From: Candidatus Jorgensenbacteria bacterium
Lineage (GTDB): Bacteria > Patescibacteriota > Minisyncoccia > UBA6257 > GWB1-50-10
Reading direction: 5' to 3'
NCBI GenBank assembly: GCA_030648515.1
Contig: JAUSHK010000001.1
Coordinates: forward strand, 9,688-73,687
DNA length: 64,000 bases
Made by a program: the position numbers and the translations under genes. This document shows, piece by piece, positions 59,003 through 64,000 of the stretch (positions are counted from its first letter, which is position 1; each line of letters starts with the position of its first letter). The notes beneath the pieces were generated by a model, which saw only the letters and a program-made list of their open reading frames with translations, was not told where the DNA came from and did not search any database.

Positions 59003-59191
59003 TTAGTAAGGCATGATCACGCGCTCGAGAGTCTTTAAAAATCCGAAGTCTAAAACGCCTAAAAAGATGCCGAGCGCGAATGAAAAAACGATGATAAAAA
59101 TCGTAAACCGCACCGTGTCTTCGCGGCTTGGCCAACTGACTTTCTTTAATTCTGCCCTTGATTCCTCAAGAAATGTCTGTATGCGTCCCAT
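59003..59191 (-). CDS. secE: Preprotein translocase subunit SecE
   Basis: FLEESRAELKKVSWPSREDT followed by a TM helix. Start taken at M14. Confidence 0.7.
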   Translation of the reverse strand: MGRIQTFLEESRAELKKVSWPSREDTVRFTIFIIVFSFALGIFLGVLDFGFLKTLERVIMPY

Positions 59192-59355
59192 AGATAATTC
59201 AAAAATACCACATGACACGGGACAAATCAACTCAAGCCGGGCGTTTTATGTTTCTGTAGTTAACCGCTACAAGCCTGCCTTCCCACAAAACTTCCCAGTA
59301 AAGAAAAAGTGCCTGGACACAAATGTGTATCCAGGCACTCCCGCAAAAAGGAATT

Positions 59356-59844
59356 TCACCACAGATTTTCAGAACGCTCCAGGTCATTGGCCGCTTCTAC
59401 ACTAAAGTATATTGTACCTCCGTGGTACACCCGACCATTGTAAGAGCGAAGTCCGATGCTAAAAGGCGAGAACTCAACCGGAAATACCCCGGCAGTTCGT
59501 ACTCCTTGATGAGTATACGCTACGACAAAGTATACATTTCCGATACTTGGAACAACCCCTGCGGATTTTTTCCCAAAAATAGCATACCCAGCCGCCTTAA
59601 GCTGTTCAACAAATTTTTCACCAACGGCGTAGAAAACCCCACCACTGTCAGGCGTATAAGCTTTGACGTCAGCCACTCCATCAACGAAATACAGTGTATC
59701 TCCATGCCCAAAACCCACTATCGGGGTTACGATGAATTTTCCGCCAGCATCGACGAACACATCAAAATCGGCGCGGGCAGCCGGAACAAAAAATACCATC
59801 ACAAACAACGCAATAAAAAATGCGAAAAGGGACAAAGCTTTCAT
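59356..59844 (-). CDS. Secreted hypothetical protein
   Basis: Signal peptide MKALSLFAFFIALFVMVFFVPAARA. Start taken at the internal Met. Confidence 0.45.
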   Translation of the reverse strand: MKALSLFAFFIALFVMVFFVPAARADFDVFVDAGGKFIVTPIVGFGHGDTLYFVDGVADVKAYTPDSGGVFYAVGEKFVEQLKAAGYAIFGKKSAGVVPSIGNVYFVVAYTHQGVRTAGVFPVEFSPFSIGLRSYNGRVYHGGTIYFSVEAANDLERSENLW

Positions 59845-59992
59845 TGAAAATCTCCTTTTTAATAGTGAAATGTTAAAGAAATAATACGGGTTTCTTACTA
59901 TGCTAATAGTAGCATACAAGGAACGTATCCGTCAATACCTTAACTCTATCAAGTTTTTGGCAGAACAACGGCTTCTTTCTAATACCCAGTAC

Positions 59993-61909
59993 CTAGATAT
60001 CTAAATTCTTCACTGCTACCGCATGCGCCTGGATGAAATTCTTGCGCGATTCAACCACCTCGCCCATCAGGATATCAAACATCTTATCGGCCTCCTCGGC
60101 ATCTGCCACCGTTACCCGTTTTAGCATGCGCCGCGCCGGGTCCATGGTGGTTTCCCACAACTGCTCTGGGTTCATCTCGCCTAAGCCTTTGTACCGCTGA
60201 ATTGTCCCCTCGCCCTTGAACCCCCGAACGGCCTCATCGCGTTCTTTTTCGGAATACGCGTACTTCGCCTCTTTGCCGCGCTGGACGCGGTAGAGTGGCG
60301 GCTGAGCAATGCAAAGATGGCCCTTCTCAATCACGAGCGGAAAATAGCGGTAGAAAAGCGTGAGAAGCAGGGTGCGTATGTGCGCGCCGTCAACATCAGC
60401 ATCGGTCATGATAATAATTTTGTGGTACCGAAGCTTTGTAATATCAAATTGCTCCGAGATTGCAGTACCAAGCGCAATCACAAGCGATCGGATTTCATTA
60501 TTCGCAAGCATCTTATCAACATGCGCCTTTTCAACATTTAAAATTTTTCCCTTGAGCGGAAGGACTGCCTGAATGCGCCGGTCGCGCCCCTGCTTGCATG
60601 AACCGCCTGCGGAATCTCCCTCGACGATAAATAATTCCGATTCTTCCGGTTTACGCGAGCTGCAGTCAGCGAGCTTCCCTGGAAGCGTAAGTCCTTCAAG
60701 CGCGCCCTTGCGGAGCACGGTGTCTTTTGCTGCTTTCGCTGCCTTGCGCGCTTTTGCCGCCAAGAGGTTTTTCTCTAAAATTTTACGGGCATCATTGCCA
60801 TACCGTTCAAGATATTCTTTCAAGGCATCCGAAACTGCCGTATCAACCGCAGTCCGTGCTTCAGGGTTTCCAAGCCGCGCTTTCGTCTGTCCCTCAAATT
60901 GCGGCTCGCGAATCTTTACTGAAATCGCGGCAACCAGTCCTTCGCGCATATCCTCTCCTGTGAGATTTTCTTCCGACTCCTTAATATATTTTTCCTTGCG
61001 CGCGTAATCATTGAGCGTTCGCGTAAGCGCCGTTCTGAATCCGGTGAGATGCATCCCGCCATCCGAAGTGTAAATGTTATTCGCAAAGCTCATCTCCTTG
61101 CTTTCAACGTCGTCCGTGTAAATAAATGCCGCTTCTATATCAACGCCTTCCGCGTTCACGTGGCAATAAAACGGGTGGTCGTGTAAAACTGTCGTGCGTT
61201 CGCCGACAAGATATTGAATGAATGAATGAAGCCCGCCTTCAAAATAAAAACCGTAGTAAGATGGTTCGTCGCCGCGCTTATCAACCATTTCAATCCTGAC
61301 GCCTTTTGTGAGAAACGCCTGTTGGCGGAGATGGTCTAAAATCCGCTTTGTGTCAAACTCAATTTTTTGGAAAATCGTCGCGTCCGGCTTAAATGTGATT
61401 ATGGTACCGGTGCGATCTGACTTCCCGGTTTTCTTTACGTTGTATTGCGGCTTGCCCTGCTTATATTCCTGCGTGAAAGCGCCGCCGTCGCGATGCACTT
61501 CCGCCTTCATCCACGTGGAGAGCGCGTTTACAACCGAGACGCCGACGCCGTGAAGGCCGCCGGAAACCTTATACGACTCGCCACCAAATTTACCGCCAGC
61601 GTGAAGCGTGCAGAGCGCCGTTTCAAGCGCGGACTTTTTTGTCTTTGGATGGATATCAACCGGAATGCCGCGACCGTCGTCGGTCACCGTTACCATATCG
61701 TCTTTCAAAAGTTCGACGGTGATATTTTTTGCGTAGCCAGACATCGCCTCGTCAATGGAGTTATCAACAATTTCCCAGATAAGGTGATGGAGGCCGTCTA
61801 CGCCGGTTGAACCGATGTACATACCGGGCCGTTTCCGGACCGGCTCCAAACCCTCTAAAACATATATATCTTTTGCGCTATAGGAAGAATCGCTTTTCTT
61901 AGGAACCAT
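59993..61909 (-). CDS. gyrB: DNA gyrase subunit B
   Basis: GHKL ATPase, TOPRIM (EGDSAGGS) and the QPPLY motif. Confidence 0.9.
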   Translation of the reverse strand: MVPKKSDSSYSAKDIYVLEGLEPVRKRPGMYIGSTGVDGLHHLIWEIVDNSIDEAMSGYAKNITVELLKDDMVTVTDDGRGIPVDIHPKTKKSALETALCTLHAGGKFGGESYKVSGGLHGVGVSVVNALSTWMKAEVHRDGGAFTQEYKQGKPQYNVKKTGKSDRTGTIITFKPDATIFQKIEFDTKRILDHLRQQAFLTKGVRIEMVDKRGDEPSYYGFYFEGGLHSFIQYLVGERTTVLHDHPFYCHVNAEGVDIEAAFIYTDDVESKEMSFANNIYTSDGGMHLTGFRTALTRTLNDYARKEKYIKESEENLTGEDMREGLVAAISVKIREPQFEGQTKARLGNPEARTAVDTAVSDALKEYLERYGNDARKILEKNLLAAKARKAAKAAKDTVLRKGALEGLTLPGKLADCSSRKPEESELFIVEGDSAGGSCKQGRDRRIQAVLPLKGKILNVEKAHVDKMLANNEIRSLVIALGTAISEQFDITKLRYHKIIIMTDADVDGAHIRTLLLTLFYRYFPLVIEKGHLCIAQPPLYRVQRGKEAKYAYSEKERDEAVRGFKGEGTIQRYKGLGEMNPEQLWETTMDPARRMLKRVTVADAEEADKMFDILMGEVVESRKNFIQAHAVAVKNLDI

Positions 61910-62014
61910 AAATAAAAAATTGCCCTTTTGCTATACCAAAAGTGTAGCATAAAACCGCCCCGAAAACAAGCGAAGTCGCGCCTATTTTTTACTTGTATTT
62001 CCTACCCTTTTTCG

Positions 62015-62668
62015 CTATAAAATCTTGCGTCTTTTAAGTATTCGGTATGTAATAAAAAGCACGATAATCACAGCGATACCTGTAAGAATCCAGCCGCCAA
62101 CGACGGAAAATTCGTCCGAATACGTTGCATATGTCTCACCAAGCGACCATCCTAAAAGACCAAGTAAAAGCGCGCGCAACATAGTACCCAAAAGCGTCGC
62201 CGTAAAAAACGGGCGTATGGGATAACGGATTACGCCGAATGCGATTGAGATGATGGTGTGCGGAAGAATGGGAAGTACGCGCGTTCCAAAAAGGAGAAGC
62301 TCGTCCCAAAATGTTTTTGTAAACCGTTTCTGCACTTTTTCAATGTCACTCCATGAAACACCGATCCATTTTCCCCACCGCAGAATAGCCGGCTCGCCGC
62401 CGAAATACGCAAGCATGTAGGTAAGCATAAGTCCGATAGTGAGCCCGAGGCCGCCGGGAATCATAATTTTAAAAACGGAATCAAGTAGCACGTGGTCAAA
62501 CGACACTCCGATAGGAATCAGAAAAAAACCGGCCGCAAGAAGAATGAACGACGATGGTACGGGTGAGATGGTTTCTTCAAAAAGCGAAACAAAAAACACG
62601 CCCCATGCTCCATACTCAATAATGAGCGGACTGATGCGTAAAATAAAATCGTGGATGATGCTGTCCAT
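62015..62668 (-). CDS. DedA/VTT-family membrane protein
   Basis: DedA family pattern. Confidence 0.65.
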   Translation of the reverse strand: MDSIIHDFILRISPLIIEYGAWGVFFVSLFEETISPVPSSFILLAAGFFLIPIGVSFDHVLLDSVFKIMIPGGLGLTIGLMLTYMLAYFGGEPAILRWGKWIGVSWSDIEKVQKRFTKTFWDELLLFGTRVLPILPHTIISIAFGVIRYPIRPFFTATLLGTMLRALLLGLLGWSLGETYATYSDEFSVVGGWILTGIAVIIVLFITYRILKRRKIL

Positions 62669-62741
62669 TACTGCTAAGTTTAGTTGATATAAAAAATCTC
62701 GTAAAGAAAGATGCCGGACTCACATAATGAATACCGGCATG

Positions 62742-63032
62742 TTACTTGGTAAACCAGTCCTCGGGGAGGGCGACGTCCTCACCATCTTTAGTAAATATAA
62801 TGGAACAGCTGTTGTAAGTGGTCTTTTTAATACCCCAGACGACGAACGGCCCACGACCATATCTTTCAATATGTCTTTTTTGGACGTCGGCTGCGTCCAA
62901 AGTTGTCGGCCCAGGTCCAAATTTTCCATGAATAGTCTCTGGGTCCTTAAACCACACCTCCTGCAATGGCTGGACGCACCCTCCTTCAACATAAGCGAAG
63001 TCTGCCCATATAGTACTTCCGTTACCGTTCAC
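62742..63032 (-). CDS. Hypothetical protein (96 aa)
   Basis: The most protein-like of three overlapping ORFs here. Confidence 0.3.
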   Translation of the reverse strand: MNGNGSTIWADFAYVEGGCVQPLQEVWFKDPETIHGKFGPGPTTLDAADVQKRHIERYGRGPFVVWGIKKTTYNSCSIIFTKDGEDVALPEDWFTK

Positions 63033-63244
63033 GTGCCCCCCTTTATTTAATATAAAAATAACTGACTTTCTAAAAACAAAATAGCACTGCTAGTGTTATT
63101 TGTCAAATTATATTTTGAAACTTAACTTCATAACCCTAGATTAGAGCCAAATAATCTCCGAACTTAATAACTGGCGTAGCTTTGGAAAAATCTTAGAAAA
63201 TACTACCGCTTCTATTCATTACCAATAAGGTGTGGATAGACTAA

Positions 63245-63958
63245 TTATAACTGCCTCCCTTTCATTAAAAGAAATTGGGCAAATTTTTCAATTTCATTTA
63301 TCTCCTGCCCTTTAACCATTGTAAGAAATTTTCCTAATTCACTTTTGCGTACAAAATCCACACAAAAACTTTGGTTACTCAGTCGACTTGTAACAGCGCT
63401 ACGATATGAATAATTGAGATGAAAAACGATATTTTCAGTAAGTGGCGCTGAATCTAACTTCGAAAAGTCATTGTTTGTAATTTCATATAATCCTGGGACG
63501 CCATCGTATACAACAATTGGATAAAATATCCCTTTTTCATTGCGACTTTCTTTAAAGAAAGCGAGTGACTTCACTGCGCCAGTTAAAGACTTAAATACCT
63601 CGTCATTTTCTTTGCTATCATAAAGTTTTCCAACTGTAGAAGCGCATACATAGTGATGTTTCTCTGCGAACCCAGAATCTCTAAGAATGTTCGCAGAAAA
63701 CCCATTAGTGATAATCGCAGATCTACTCTCTTTTTCTTGATTATCATACATTCTAAACGCAACTCCCTCCTTAAAATACTTGCATTCTATAAAGAGAAAA
63801 ATTTTAAAGTTTGTTTGTCCACGCCCAGGAACCCCGACGGGACAATCTCTTGAAGCAACAATGTCTATTTCCCTTGGTTTGTCAGATATATCATCGTGGT
63901 AATATGTGCTAAGTTCTACGTTCCAACCAAGACTTTTAAGCAACAAAACAACCTCCAT
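63245..63958 (-). CDS. Predicted PD-(D/E)xK nuclease-fold protein
   Basis: REIDIVASRD ... FLFIECKY gives a D...(D/E)xK arrangement. Confidence 0.4.
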   Translation of the reverse strand: MEVVLLLKSLGWNVELSTYYHDDISDKPREIDIVASRDCPVGVPGRGQTNFKIFLFIECKYFKEGVAFRMYDNQEKESRSAIITNGFSANILRDSGFAEKHHYVCASTVGKLYDSKENDEVFKSLTGAVKSLAFFKESRNEKGIFYPIVVYDGVPGLYEITNNDFSKLDSAPLTENIVFHLNYSYRSAVTSRLSNQSFCVDFVRKSELGKFLTMVKGQEINEIEKFAQFLLMKGRQL

Positions 63959-64000
63959 ATGTAGGTTGTTACCACTCTTAAGAACCAGATTTTTTAGTTT

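Overview
64 kb window, almost all coding on the minus strand, from a compact bacterial genome with a streamlined, CPR/Patescibacteria-like gene set. Supporting this (inference only): short EF-Ts, a 1071-aa DnaE, a 718-aa SMC, a 23S-5S rRNA unit with no adjacent 16S and a group I intron in the 23S, and a sortase with LPNTG-anchored surface proteins.

1. Positions 1-16 kb form a defense/accessory island. It holds an XRE-HTH three-gene module, an AbiEii-type nucleotidyltransferase fused to a WYL-like domain and a zinc ribbon with a DUF4145 partner, a PHP-phosphoesterase fused to an SMC/Rad50-like ABC ATPase, and a Type I R-M system with a fused HsdM-HsdS plus HsdR. The island ends at an ABC-F ATPase, then a junction where a 5'-truncated MTA/purine nucleoside phosphorylase gene abuts a 5'-truncated large serine recombinase gene, immediately next to tRNA-Gln(UUG).

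2. Positions 16-27 kb carry envelope genes: SPFH protein, chagasin-like inhibitor, ftsX/ftsE, a domain-1-less RF2, a sortase, and LPNTG surface proteins with DUF3494 (ice-binding-like) and DUF11-like repeats.

3. Positions 27-38 kb carry stable RNA genes: tRNA-Thr(CGU), RNase P RNA, 5S, an intron-containing 23S, tRNA-Trp, rpmG, tandem tRNA-Thr(GGU)/(UGU) and tRNA-Tyr. Protein genes here are rnhA, a DHH phosphoesterase, pgk, pcm and ddl.

4. Positions 38-64 kb are housekeeping: tsf, rpsB, trmD, rpsP, smc, rnc, nusB, rpmF, rnhB, dnaE, thrS, miaA, gatB, rplK, nusG, secE, gyrB and a DedA-family protein.

The most notable non-genic signals are two families of short dispersed repeats. One is heptanucleotide tandem repeats, (TNNGTAG)n and (TAGTATN)n. 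The other is an 18-bp GC-rich palindrome, CCTGCCTGCGCAGGCAGG. Both sit inside structural RNA genes and, in frame, inside protein-coding genes (rnpB, pgk, rnhB, miaA). The palindrome also marks partial duplications of tRNA 5' ends.
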